The notes: generated from the sequence alone by a model not told the origin. 64,000 nt of DNA from Tubulanus polymorphus (GCF_964204645.1 NC_134036.1:2976001-3040000); one strand, 5' to 3'; positions 1 through 12,403 are shown, counted from the stretch's first letter. Numbers and translations: made by a program.

Positions 1-74
1 CGATAGGTATGGATGGTGACGTCATGGTCTTTTGTCCAAATGCGGATATCTGTGAGTGTTTACCGATCACAATC

Positions 75-350
75 GGGCGGACCGGATGGCTTAGTCGGTC
101 GGCGACTAGCGTGTCACCGCTGTGGCCCAGGTTCGAGTCTCGGAGGAGGCGGGTCAGGATGTGGCAATTGATCTCCGGTAAGCGGGCGAGTCGAGAGTAC
201 TGTCCTCCCTGGAATGAGGTTGCTAATGCGTGAGTCCTACAAAATATCTGGCGTGGGGTAAATTATGTTTAATTCAGTCGTTTCTGGCTGAATTATTTAT
301 TTATCCCACAATGCCGGTCCAGGTTGCGGAGTAATTCCCCCAGGGACCTT
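75..350 (+). mobile_element. tRNA-derived SINE-like element (Pol III A/B-box head)
   Basis: A-box TGGCTTAGTCGG (87-98) and B-box GGTTCGAGTC (130-139) with tRNA-like spacing. No complete cloverleaf. The 3' boundary is approximate. Confidence 0.55.
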
Positions 351-1553
351 CGACTTTTTTACAATATTAGTTTGTTATTTTAAGTTGATTGGTGAGGGTT
401 TGGCCAAACTTTTTATTTTTCTTTATTCCTCAAAGAAATTGAAGAAAATCGCAGCATAAATTCCGTAGATCTTTATGAGTAGTTCGGTGATCAATCTTCA
501 AGTTCATTTCTCAAGTGATGGAAAAAATTCAGTATTTTTTAAAATTCGCCGGATTCCAATCAGAGTAGATATGTACGCGGCGATGTCTGGTGAACGTGTG
601 TATAAAATCGGCTAAAAACGACTATCCAATAGAGAATCACTCACTGGAGACTTGCCATACGCTCTACTACACAATAGTCCCGCGTGACTGCACAAACCCT
701 CAAGCTAAATTCTAGATTCCTGAAGCAAAATTATTAAAAGAGTAAGATTGAGTTTATGATATAGTTCAAAAACAGACAAATTAGAGAGGAAATCTACTCT
801 AAAGTTTGTTGGATAGCTTAGATAAAATTTCAGCATGAAACTTGAAGCTAAAATCGTCGCATTCGATATTTTATCTATAACGATATGTGTCCCTTGAATA
901 GTGGAATTAAACTCGATGACCTGTGATCCCCATAGAAAATGTTTGGCACGAATTGAATGGTTCTCGAGGATTAGCGTCACGGACTTGGGCCTACCACAGA
1001 AATGCGCGATCGAGCCTTCTGATTGATCCATTTCGGTCGCCTCGATGATGCAACGTTGCTGATTGGTTGACGTAGGTATTAGAAGCGCGGTTCGAGCCGC
1101 CCGGTGCCAGTCCGAGAACTGATGTCCAGAGATGAAGGTCAACCAATAAGAGCTCTGCAACAAGGCGTGAAAAACGTGTGGCTTCAAGCGAACAACTTAG
1201 CGGCCGATGATGTTAGGACACCGAATAAGTACGCGATGATTGCAGCTGCTGGGACTGAGCAGATACCTGGCGGAACACAGACTGCTGATGCAACTGCTGC
1301 TGGTGCGATGTCGATTTCCAAATACAAGAGTATGGATAACTAAGAGAGATTGCTGATTTCATTTTGATCAGGTTAGGTATTTACAGCTTTTTCGCCTTGA
1401 ACCAGTTAGAACCGAGTTTGACACGATGAAAACATTTCCAAAATTCTCCAATTTGTTCAGCTGGATTAAAGTTTAGACATTGCTGTTATAACGAAAACCA
1501 AACCAAACCCAAATTGACATTCAGTTTATTTTATCTTTTTTTGAATTTGACAG

Positions 1554-1875
1554 CAGCACCATCTTCAAACCTCGAGATGCAGACTCTACTCGGACTACAG
1601 CACCATCTTCAAACCTCGAGATGCAGACTCTACTCGGACTACAGCACCATCTTCAAACCTCGAGATGCAGACTCTACTCAAACTACAGCAACATCTTCAA
1701 ACCTCCAGACGCAGACTCTACTCCGACTACAGCAACGTCATCAAACCTCCAGACGCAGACTCCGACTGCAGCACCATCTTCAAACCTCAAGGCGCAGACT
1801 CCGACTACAGCACCACCTTCAAACCTCGAGATGCAGACTCTACTGACTACAGCACCATCTTCAAACCTCAAGGCG
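1554..1875 (+). repeat. Minisatellite, 44-bp unit degenerating to ~39 bp, ~8 copies
   Basis: Unit CAGCACCATCTTCAAACCTCGAGATGCAGACTCTACTCGGACTA starts at 1554, 1598, 1642 and onward. Explains the repetitive ORFs in all frames. Confidence 0.9.
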
Positions 1876-2370
1876 CACTCCAACTCCAACTTCCTGTTCG
1901 TTTTGCCGCATGTTTATTATAAACAGCAACGTAAATAAATAAGCGTAAATTAAATTACTCGACTTTATTCAAACTCTTTGCCCCGGAAAGGACTCTCTCT
2001 TTTGTCTCGGGCCCTTTGCCCCGGAACTCTTCCGCTCACAATTTCGAAGGAAAGGACAACTTCACACTCGTTCAAAGGAAAGGATGAAGTCAAAAAGGAA
2101 GGACAACAACGCAAAGAAATACAAATTAACCGACTTTATTATTCCAATTTACAAATTCAAATTAAGAATTTCTTACAGCTTGTTTGCAAAAGTCAAATTC
2201 AACATTTTATTGAATCTACAACAACCAATAATAAAATTTTGGGATTTGAATCACCAACCTTTCAGCTAGCAGCCCAGCACCCTACCAACTACGCTATAGC
2301 GGCACACATACAACCTGCAGGGGAACTCATATTTATCCATTGCTTAAGCACATTTTATTTAAAAAAATGA

Positions 2371-2425
2371 TGCCATCTACCGGGTGAGACAGGAACTTGT
2401 TCCTATCTCAACCCGGTAGATGGCA
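2371..2425. repeat. Near-perfect palindrome/hairpin
   Basis: TGCCATCTACCGGGT-GAGA-CAGGAAC-tt-GTTCCT-a-TCTC-a-ACCCGGTAGATGGCA. Confidence 0.85.
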
Positions 2426-3865
2426 AGAACAGAAGTTGGAGTGAGGAGAGAGAGAGGAGAAGTGAGATGGTAAAAACAGAAGTAGTGCGGAGTGAGGTAA
2501 CAGCAGAAATATTTTTAGCGATTTAAAAGAATATCAATCAAACTCTGCCAGTTCAATGCCTGGTTCTACGGTATCAGCGCACACAAGTAAATTCTCAACC
2601 GCGGACAAACTTAGCTTTCAGTATCCAAGTTCAATCTGCAGTTATCACTTTAGATATCGACGTTTTCGGTAACTAGAAATATTCTTTTTCAGAGTTGTTC
2701 CAATGTTTCATTCAATGAATTGAATGAATTCAATGAATGCTTGTGGTTTTTGCACACGAGTCTTGTTTGATGTTTGTGATCCGTGTGACGCTGATTCAGT
2801 GATTACACAATCAAATTTACAACGAACCTCCATCATATGATGTTTCTATAATTCACATTCTATTTTCGATATAATTAATTTTTGAATAGCCCAAAACCAC
2901 AGCACAGTGAAATGCCAATGATCAGAAATTGGACGCTAATGTGTCAACAAATTGCGCCAAAACTGTGGATTGATAAAATTTGGATTATACAGTACAGTAT
3001 TATCAAATAAGCTATGATGAAGGTCCGATGTTTACACACCACAATATAATAAGGACAAGGATATATTCACCTGACTGCTTGACCGAATCCGAAAGGCGCC
3101 AGAAATTTTCGAATGTTGGTAAATCCATTAGTTCATTGTTCAAACACTATTTAATCTGTTGACATCATCGCGCAACATATTAGACGGTGGTGAATCCTCG
3201 AGAGACAGATTTTGCTCGCTCTGGTGCATTCATTTGTTCACTGAATCATATTCCGTGAATATCATTTTAGAGCAATGTCTTTGAACGTAAATGCGTAAAT
3301 GCGGTGCTGTCCAATGAATTTGGAATGTCAAAGATACCATCCTGCTTATCACCCACACGTATCAATCATGCCTTTACTGCGGCATCGCAACCTGGATAGT
3401 AAGGTATAGAATATAGCTAACACACTATGTAGAACGACAGTGAAAAAGGACAATACGGTTTTAAGGTCGTTACTTAACTCGATGTACAAGACGCCGGTAC
3501 TCCATCACGCGTTGCAATCAACCGCCATCCCCATTTCTATCCCAGCAGGTATCTGAAAATATTTTGGAAGACGAAGAATAAAAGCAAAGGACGAACGGAA
3601 TAAAAATAAATCACTTATCAAACTACACTAGTATCGCAATGTAATGGTCAGATCGACGAATTGATATAGGCGCTATATAACGATATGGTGAACGCAGAGA
3701 ATTTGGGTTCGAGTCCCAATTATTCCAGCGGCAATATGGTTTCATGCAGTCTCGACGAATATGCAACTAAGACTCCCAATTAGCATAAATTATTGGTATA
3801 ACCGACAATGTTATTGATGATTGCCGAAAATGTCATTACGAACCCTAATTAAAAATGACACTTTT

Positions 3866-4265
3866 CATACAGTCGTTTCTGAGCTGAAGCGGCAAAATTT
3901 ACGTTCGATTTTTTACCCTTATAAATTCATTCAGAATAGTTTTAAATAACATCACATTACTGAATTGATCATATTCTAAAATTTCGCTACATTTGTCTGC
4001 GTTTAGCTATTGCCTAAACATTAATTTCAGCATAAAGCGCCTCTAGCGGATTTTCCATGAACTAAAATACGCTTCCTCGATGTTGTTAGTTGACAGAAAT
4101 TCCGCAGGTGGCACTGATCGACTGATTCAACGCTTTCCTAATCAATAACGCGTTTAAATTGCAAACCTTGTGAAAAACTACTTCATATAACTTAACGAAC
4201 TGTGACCCTATTGAAAATTAGACAAATTGATTCCAAATCTGTGAAAAAAATGAACGTAAAAATTT
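3866..4265. mobile_element. MITE-like dispersed repeat, copy 1
   Basis: Colinear homology with 4662-5058. Subterminal inverted motif TTTACGTTC...GAACGTAAA. Confidence 0.6.
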
Positions 4266-4661
4266 CAACCCAAAATATAGAACGAATGTTGAACATCTTC
4301 CATCAATTCTACTCAAATTCATTTTCTGAAATCGACGAATGATTTCAGTATTTCCCGAAACAGAAGAATTGCGTTGACTGTTCATTTGACTCTTTGAAAA
4401 ACCTAACAAGATAATTACAAACCATTAAAATAAATGGTTGTTTGAAAATACCACTTCCCTACAAAGATTGGCGATCATTCTGAATAAATTGAATGAGTGA
4501 AACACATACATTTCTTATAGCTACTGATTTGGCAAACAAGCGAAAATATTGGTACCATTTTCTATCACAAGCAAAATAAAAAGAAGTGGAAAAAATCCTG
4601 ACAATTATCCCTACTGATTATTAATTAGACTCTCCTCTCCTGCGTTCAGTAGTGTCGTAGT

Positions 4662-5058
4662 TCATACAGTCGCCTAAGACCTGGACCGGTTAAAAATTTA
4701 CGTTCATTTTTGTACCCTTATAAATTCATTGTGAGCACTTCTAAATAGCATCACGTCACTTGATTAATTGCATTCTAACATGTCGCTACGTTTGCGCGCG
4801 TTAAGATGTTGCCTAAACTCGAATTTCAGTAAAAAGCGCCTCTAGTGTGTTTTCCGTGAACTAAAATTGCGCTTCGTCGGTGTAGTTAGTTCACCGAAAT
4901 TCCGCTGGTGGCGCTGATCGACTGATTGAACGCTTTCCTTATAAATTGCGCGTTTAGAAACTTAGCGAAAACATTTTTTTACAATACATAGAACAAAGTG
5001 ACGCTACTGAGCGTTAGTCAGTTTTATTCTAAATCGGTGAAAAAGTGAACGTAAAGTT
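4662..5058. mobile_element. MITE-like dispersed repeat, copy 2
   Basis: Colinear homology with 3866-4265 (CATACAGTCG, ACCCTTATAAATTCATT, AAAGCGCCTCTAG, CTGATCGACTGATT). Confidence 0.6.
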
Positions 5059-6968
5059 TGATGCCTGCAAAATGGTAACGACTGTTGGACAGTCTTATCC
5101 AGAACGGAATTAGTTCGTAATAATTCCGTTAGAGGCGCCTAGAAACGGACCGAATATCAGTATTCCTTACAATCAGAAAATTCAGCCCAAAAAGCTTATG
5201 AGGATAAATGTAGTCGTTTTGAATGATTCTGATGTTTATACCTGACCTATTACCTATTCCATTCCTTATAATGACGTATTACGTATTACGTTTAATGAAC
5301 TCTTACCTTTGTTTCAGCCAATTGTCCGCTGATGATCGAATCAATTTCTTGTCCTGCATTTTTCGTCATTGTCATAACATTTTCAAAGTTCGTTTCAAAT
5401 TACTTTCCTGTTTTTCCCAGTATTCCTAGTTCACTCCTCGCGTGCTCCTATGTAACTTACAAACAGGACTTACGACGTCAACACAAATCAAATAATGAAA
5501 GAACCAACTAGTTCACTTTCAGGCGCTATTGTTTCCAAATTTTGGCGTCCTTGTATGTTTCAAAACTGTCGTTATTTTGTAGTTTAAACAAATCCTAAAA
5601 TATCCCAAGTTCCAGTTAATATGGCGGTGGTATATACTGTTCTATATACGGGAGTCTCTCCTGGTTAGTTGGTGAGTTAACTCATGCGTTCGAACCCCGA
5701 TTCGATCAACGATTCCTAATCCGGGTGACCTTGAGCAACGCTGAATTATTGACATCGCTTACGCTGCGTGGCCGTAGTCAAAAGATTGATAAGTCAAAAA
5801 TACGATCCCTGAATGTTAACATGCTCCCATTAGCAAGGAGGCGTCCTCATTAAGTAAGGGGAATCATTTGAGTTTGTGCCCCAACCCCCCATTAGCTAGG
5901 AGGCGTCCTCGTGAGAATAATTTGATTGAGGTGAGTTCCCCAGCCGCCGATATCTTGGAAAATCCTCTTTTAACATCCTCGTTAATTACAATATTTGCTC
6001 CTAGGCTACTTATCAGAACTCAAGTTAACTTGGAGTTCAAGCCATTATATGCTTTTATATATAAGTATAAAGTACAAGAATTGTTCCTTTCCTATAGTTT
6101 CTATGTTTAAACATTGATGTGAATATGGGGCGGATATTATGTTTTAAACACATCTATTCTTTTATATAAAAAGAAATGTGGTAAATGAAATTTTATGCAG
6201 CGAAAAATAACACTCCTTTTATAGTTAAATATGTAGAAAATGCGAGATAAGATTATAGACGGGCGTCACGAATTTCAAAATTAGGAAATGTTCACGATAT
6301 TTAATCACCTGTAGTAATTTGGATTCGATTCCCGTGTTTTTAGACAGACAGACAGAACAAATTTCAGAATTAGAAAATGTCCATAATATTTAACCATCTG
6401 TAGCTATCTAGATTCGAGTTACGCATTTTAGTGAAAAACCAACGCCATCAATTTCGATGAACAAACACGGTGTTGATTTCAGATCTGTTCGGACTTTTAT
6501 ATAAAAGTCTCATAACACTCCCAAAAACAAGCAGAGTAGTTGTAGCAGCAGCGGCAGCAGCAGGAATCGCGTATTGGTAATCTGTAAGTTTATGAGAATT
6601 ATTGGCAGGCAAGAACTTGTCAAACAGAAATTTCAAATCAAGTATAGTCGATTGAATTTGGAACTAGACCAACGGTTCAATTGGCAGCCATTCCTCTGCA
6701 TCGGCCCTGTAGCTTTTCGTTTCACTATTAGTCGTTTAATCCCGTTAAGATTTAACCCTCCAATCTACCTTTAAAGTTTTACAGTTTCCAGATGCCATGT
6801 TTTGGATACACGCTGTGTCCGGATTGTTGAATTTGTCCTCCGTATTTTTTTCAATAACGGGTTGATCTTCAATTCGATTCGAAACTTTTAACTGAATGTC
6901 TGATTTTCTATTTCAGTCGCCCAAAACGATTATTTCATTCAAACCTATATCGTCAACTATTTCAAAAA

Positions 6969-7244
6969 ATGATAAGTAAGTGGATTTTTTGTATTCTCAT
7001 TAAATGTGGGCATCAGTAATGAACTTCGTCTGGATAAACGGAAAAAAATCTTAAATATACATTTTAGTTTTCAGGCCGAATGATTATCTGAATATCACGT
7101 TTCTTATATATCTATATTTCAGGCAAAGTCGCTTTACCGATAAGCGTTGTATTGGCGTCCTTTTGGGCGATGGTTGTGGCAGTGGACGTGCAAAAACGAA
7201 AATATGCTTGTCCAGATAAGTCACATGATGGCTGGTGCTATTAA
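6969..7244 (+). CDS. P1: secreted one-disulfide peptide precursor; CDS exons 6969-6975 + 7123-7244; MISKVALPISVVLASFWAMVVAVDVQKR|KYACPDKSHDGWCY
   Basis: ATG ATA A|GTAAGT donor and TTTCAG acceptor are phase-compatible. Hydrophobic signal peptide, KR site, two Cys, stop. Homologous to the other cluster members. Confidence 0.85.
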
Positions 7245-7764
7245 AGAAACTCCAACGGTTCTACAGTTAATTAATAGACCAACTGTAGAATCAGTTCCCG
7301 ACCAAATGAAAGGCATAACATGATGATACATTGTTACTTGATTATGTGGTGTTGGTAAAAAAATAAATCAGCTGATTAATAATAATATTCTTGGTTGAAT
7401 TTTGTCGGCGTTCGAAGCAAGTTAGTAAATGTGTGTTTAGTGATAGGGGGAAGAAAGACGGGAATGGCCAAGTTCGTTTTTCGTGAAATAAATGGCTCAA
7501 CGGTTCCTGGTGAACCTGTATCAGTTGAATAAACGCATCCCCTACGAAATAAGTGATCGGTGAAATAACGAAATTTGTTTCGGTGGTAGCTGTTCATCAA
7601 ACAGTGCTGTTTCATCTCGCCAGACTTTTTGATGATTATAAACTGTCTAAAAAGAATTCCGATGACGATAACGATGATAACGAAGATGATTCACAACATT
7701 CATCACGAGCAATTTAAATCATGTTTGAATAGAACACAAATTGTTTTGTAGAGAATTTCATTTT

Positions 7765-8366
7765 CTACTTCCAATCGAACAACCCGCCACCACCCAAAAT
7801 GCATACCCCTTTATAATAAAAATTGCATCGCTTCTCGCGGCTGACAGCGACCATCATAAAGACAGACCCCAACACAGACGTAAGCTGTAAAAGGACTTTT
7901 ACAGATTGATCTAAAAAAATGAAAATTGAGAGCATGAATTTTTAATTAAAAAGGTAATTAAGGCTAACCAAAATGACACCTTGTTTCTCCGTAGCGGCCG
8001 GGTGATTTTTGTAGAAAATATGATTAAATTTGTAAACAGTTAATTGCTATAGCTGTCGGGTCTGTTATGGTAAAATTGATCACAATTTAAAAAGAAGTGT
8101 AATGTAAATAGGCGGTCGGCCGGGTCAAATTTTGAGCTCAGCAGAAATAAGAGAAACAAGGTATCATTTTTTTTTAGCCTGAACGTGGTTAAAAACAAAA
8201 CAGATGTCTTTAACAATATGGACGTCGTCCGAATGACCATCAACTAAATTGAATTTAATTCTAGAATTCTATTTCTCCTCTCATGCTTGTCATCTCTATT
8301 TCCGACGCGTGACGTATTTTACTTATTACGACCAAATGAAATATCAAATCTATACTTACTGATCAT
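7765..8366 (-). CDS. P2: peptide precursor; CDS exons 8366-8360 + 7910-7765; MINQSVKVLLQLTSVLGSVFMMVAVSREKR|CNFYYKGVCILGGGGLFDWK
   Basis: ATG ATC A|GTAAGT donor, poly-T TAG acceptor, open frame, furin-type REKR site, two Cys. Confidence 0.85.
7958..8180. mobile_element. MITE family with TIR ~AGGCTAAAAAAATGATACCTTGTTTCTC; other copies ~14190-14400, 14440-14615, 16895-17120, 23905-24100, 26650-26850, 28076-28282
   Basis: Terminal inverted repeats (AGGCT...GATACCTTGTTTCTC / GAGAAACAAGGTATCA...AGCCT), often flanked by TTAA. Copies occur in both orientations. Confidence 0.75.
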
Positions 8367-9514
8367 TTTCGTGGGAAACTAAAACAACAATTAAGCGAAA
8401 GGGTTTCAACAAAACGTTTTTCAAGCGCCTGAAAATTAAATACCGAAATCTGTTAAATATCACACTGTAAGATATTAGAGATTATCACTAGTCTATTGAA
8501 CTGAGTTTCAATATACGTGAAATTTCTGAAACCAGACTAAAGCTGGTAAGCAACTGATAAAATATGCAGCTATTCTGGACTGATATTGTCTGGTATCGTC
8601 ATACTAGAGATTCTACTGTCCCTTCAACTATCAGTTACTTACAGATTCAGCAACCACTGATGTTAGCTGTTAGTCTAGCTTTGAATGTGAGTTTATGAAC
8701 GAAAAATATCGATGACCACACTGTTTGTTCGTTTGTTCAGGATGATGTCTCTCCGGGTAAAATAGTCAGTAACTCGAATCCGAAGTGATGCAGGTGGCAA
8801 AATATGAAACGTACTTATTACATAGACCTGACTGACGCGTTGCTTCATATTTTCATAATGCCAATATTTCATACCTTATATTTCTACAAAATAGAGATCA
8901 ATCATCTTCAAGATAATTTTGTTGAAGATCAAGTCAAACGATGCGATCGAACTCACCAGTTCCTAAGCCAAATTGATCCACTTGTGGAAAGTTTTAATTC
9001 ATGCTACTAGAAGAGCCCTAAACAATTCGTCAACTAAAACAAAACTTTCCAACTGACTTATAACCACCGATCTACACGAGTCTTTTCTGAACTTCCCTTT
9101 TTTACAACACAATTTCGCGTCGACCTGTTTTCAAGTCAGCGCATCTCAGAAGATTCTCGTTTAGCCATTTCTTTACTTTTTGGGGGGTACCACCCCTCCT
9201 GAATTCACCACTGGTGCGGATAATACTAGCACAATAGCTAGTTTACACTTTCCCAGTTTCTCTAAGTCGAGAACGCCCCCCTCCCCCAAACGCGTTCAAA
9301 CAGTCATATCAACATTAATAGGTCGGGAAAACACTTGCATCAGAACGAGGAAACTAACGATGATAATGACGATGATTCACTTCGTTCATCACGAGGAGAT
9401 GTTATAATCGACTACAAATTATTTCGTAAAGAAACTCATAGATTTTTATTTTTTCCCTCGACCAAAGAATAATTCAGTAATGAACTGAATAATACAGATA
9501 TAGATTCATGCGAT

Positions 9515-9782
9515 TTATTTTCCGATTTGGTAGCATTTACCGGTACTACTGTTCTGATAACTGAGACATACTCGCTTCTGGCGGGTTCCCGCGACCATCG
9601 CACGAATGGACACCAACACAGCCATAAGTTTTAGAACTACCTTCACACACTGATCTACTGAAAAATGAAATGAGAACATGCATTTTGTGAAAACAAATGC
9701 ATTTATAACAAGTAACAACAGCTTCTTTTCTCTTGTATTTAGATTTCTGAAGGTGGATTATCAAAATCTACTTACTTATCAT
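9515..9782 (-). CDS. P3: peptide precursor; CDS exons 9782-9776 + 9657(or 9654)-9515; MI(ID/N)QCVKVVLKLMAVLVSIRAMVAGTRQKR|VCLSYQNSSTGKCYQIGK
   Basis: ATG ATA A|GTAAGT donor, CAGTAG tandem acceptor, RQKR site. C-terminal GK is a potential amidation signal. Confidence 0.85.
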
Positions 9783-11005
9783 TTTCGTGGGTAACAATTA
9801 CAGTCAAAATGATCTATTGAATGAAATGTTTCAAGCGCCTGAAAATGAAATACCGAAATCTCTATTTAATATCACACTGTTAGATATAAGAGATTATTAC
9901 GAGTCTCTACGTGGAAATTTTGAAACCAAAAATTGTTGGGAACTATAAAAGAATATGCAGCTTTTCTAATCTGATATTGTAGGAATCATCATCATCAGCC
10001 TGGTGTCATCATACTAAAGATGCTACCGCCCCAGCCCGGCCGCCTGTTACTTACCTACGGGATTTGCCTGTGTTTTTTTGCACTGTAGTTCTACGCACGA
10101 AGCTGCTTTCACAATTTTCAACATTGACAGACAGAATGGTTTCACATTTCACCAGTTCGAGCACAATATATTGATTAAATTACTGAAATTCACACCGAAC
10201 ATTTGAATAGAAAAATAAAACAGTAGGTTTATGTCGGAGGTGTAAAATTTGTGAGTGAATATTCGATTTGAAGTAATTAAAGTATATAATTCAGCAACCG
10301 AACCCGAACACGAAGATTAAGCTGTTTGTACCTGGCTGGTGAGAGGGCATCAGAATCTATCACGTGATGACACCAGACAGACGATGATTCCTACAATATC
10401 AGTTTAGAATAGCTACATATATTATTAGTAAAGTTCTCTGCGAGTTCTAGTTTAGTGTCAGAATTTATACGGGGTTTAATTTGACTCTGGACCCAGTTCT
10501 ACGGTTGGGTTCAAAATTCGACTCCCCGTTTCGCCTCTGAGCGAGTATAATTTAACGAAAACAAACTACGTTCATTATTAGTTGAACATACAACTGCATC
10601 ATAAATTTTAGTATTATCAGATCAGTATTAAAATATTATTATATTTCACCAGTTCGAACACGCCTATTGATTCAAGTCGCTTAACATAAAAATAATTTGT
10701 ACAATATTTTTTACATTTTCAACCAATATATTTTTAATTTTTCAACTAATATATGAATAAGTTAATAGTAAAGGGGGTTTTAAGGTATCTAATACGTATT
10801 TAATACGTATTAATTGAAATATATAAAAATGAATAAATTATATGTTTTCACTTAATAAAGATTATATCATAACTATTTCTATACTTAGATTAGTGATTTA
10901 TATTTATAATTTTTATGAAAATTAATTCATATAAACATAAATTATGAATATTCAAAAATAGTTTTAATATAATTTATTCTTAGAATAATTATTGTAAAAC
11001 TATTT

Positions 11006-11109
11006 ATATATCTATGTACTAGACGTACTAGTAAGAAAGTAAGAATTCTTGGATTCTTTTATTCTTACTTTCTTTGATTCTTACTCGTACGTCTAGTACA
11101 TAGATATAT
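11006..11109. repeat. Inverted repeat, ~32-bp arms with one mismatch
   Basis: ATATATCTATGTACTAGACGTACtAGTAAGAA ... TTCTTACTcGTACGTCTAGTACATAGATATAT. Confidence 0.9.
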
Positions 11110-11331
11110 TAATTATTTTCTATAATATCTTTAAATTTTTTACATATATATTTGATTCAGTAATGATGAATATCATATTCTTTACACAGCACTAGAATAT
11201 GATATCTATCTTTAGAATGATACTAGCTATTGTTTCTATTTGCTCACTGGATTAAATAATATTTTAAATAGATTCAAATAGTAAAAACAATTGAATTGAA
11301 TAGATTACTATTATTTAGTTAAAGTTAAAGA

Positions 11332-11431
11332 AACTTATTTAAGTTTTTCTAGTTGAATTCTATTCAATTCTTATTAACACTAAATTTCTTTACATTCGAC
11401 TAGAATTCAACTAGAAAAACTTAAATAAGTT
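11332..11431. repeat. Perfect 31-bp inverted repeat with 38-nt spacer
   Basis: AACTTATTTAAGTTTTTCTAGTTGAATTCTA (11332-11362) / TAGAATTCAACTAGAAAAACTTAAATAAGTT (11401-11431). Confidence 0.9.
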
Positions 11432-11485
11432 AGTATCACTCTTGTATCACTCTAGTCTGCGTAAAGAATTATAATATCATATATC

Positions 11486-11791
11486 TTAATTTGAATCATA
11501 TAATTTATCATGAAGTTCGTGAATATATTTATGATTCCTTAAACTCTTTTCACTTTTATATTTCTTATTACAAATTTCACAGCATTTAATATTATTAATT
11601 CTATCTGAAATATAATTAATGTTATCTTTTAATTCAGCGTGTCTAATTTTGCAATTATCATAAAATTCTAACAGCTGTTTCAAACTATAAACTGAAAATG
11701 AAACTAATCCTGTAAGCATTAAAATTGATTTAATATTCTGTTGATTTCTGTTAATAAGATGTAATATTTCTAATACCTTACCTTCACTCAT
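11486..11791 (-). CDS. Intronless 101-aa protein with a single C2H2 zinc finger and an N-terminal hydrophobic segment
   Basis: C-EI-C-NKKYKSEKSLRN-H-KYI-H is an exact CX2CX12HX3H with the aromatic and Leu core positions. A 101-codon ORF is unlikely by chance in DNA this AT-rich. Confidence 0.7.
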   Translation of the reverse strand: MSEGKVLEILHLINRNQQNIKSILMLTGLVSFSVYSLKQLLEFYDNCKIRHAELKDNINYISDRINNIKCCEICNKKYKSEKSLRNHKYIHELHDKLYDSN

Positions 11792-11983
11792 TTTTATAGT
11801 TATAAATATATAAAATAAATTAGATTAAAAGATGCTGTCTTAATATTCTTTTAACTATCCATTTATTTTACATATTTTTTTATTCGAAATCTGTTAAAAT
11901 ATGAATTATTTCTCACACTTTACTCACACTTTTATAATTAATACATAATTGATTTTCATATTTATGATATTCATATTAATAAT

Positions 11984-11988
<5 letters not shown>

Positions 11989-12057
<69 letters not shown>
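11989..12057. repeat. (TA)n microsatellite
   Basis: Direct reading. Confidence 0.95.
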
Positions 12058-12060
<3 letters not shown>

Positions 12061-12275
12061 TATTGTAAGAGTTTCATATCAAATGTTGAAGGGGAGAGTG
12101 AGCTCGACCCTTCGACCTTTGGTATGAAACAACTTATTCCCTATTACTTACATCTTGGAGTAATCATTTGACAATGATTACTCCGGGGGTATCATTTTTT
12201 TCTGGCATGTTTGAATTCGCTTTTTTATTGTCTTATAATGTTAAACCACATATATCTTTATTTCATTTTTCACAG

Positions 12276-12403
12276 TAGATCACTGCGTTAAAGTCGTTAT
12301 ACAGTTCACGGCTATGTTGGTGTCTGTCCGGGCGATGGTCGCGGGAGACCGGGAGAAGCGATGGTATTGCGCTCATTATACTGGTCGAATATGCAAAAAG
12401 TAA
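12276..12403 (+). CDS. P4: orphan terminal exon of a peptide precursor; DHCVKVVIQFTAMLVSVRAMVAGDREKR|WYCAHYTGRICKK
   Basis: Intact acceptor and ORF, paralog of P9. I found no ATG exon of its own; upstream DNA is replaced by the AT-rich insert. Pseudogene or alternative terminal exon. Confidence 0.65.

Larger units (their letters stand above)
10685..12060. mobile_element. Extremely AT-rich insert, possibly a virus/Polinton-like fragment, ending at a (TA)n tract
   Basis: Abrupt composition shift. Absent from the duplicate unit (homology breaks after ATTCAAGTCGCTTAA). Contains an intronless ORF and two long hairpins. Confidence 0.55.

Noticed and set aside
705-1187. 160-aa ORF
   Set aside because: No recognisable domain or splice structure; likely non-coding or transposon-derived.
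1514-1938. Overlapping repetitive ORFs
   Set aside because: Artefacts of a 44-bp (non-triplet) minisatellite.
3660-3730. tRNA-like T-arm GGGTTCGAGTCCC (similar motifs at ~5690 and ~15118)
   Set aside because: No acceptor, D or anticodon stems could be built; at most a decayed SINE head.
9595-12345. Shared Arg in the signal peptides of P3 and P4 as evidence of conversion
   Set aside because: Different codons (CGT vs CGG) and different neighbouring bases; more likely independent substitutions.
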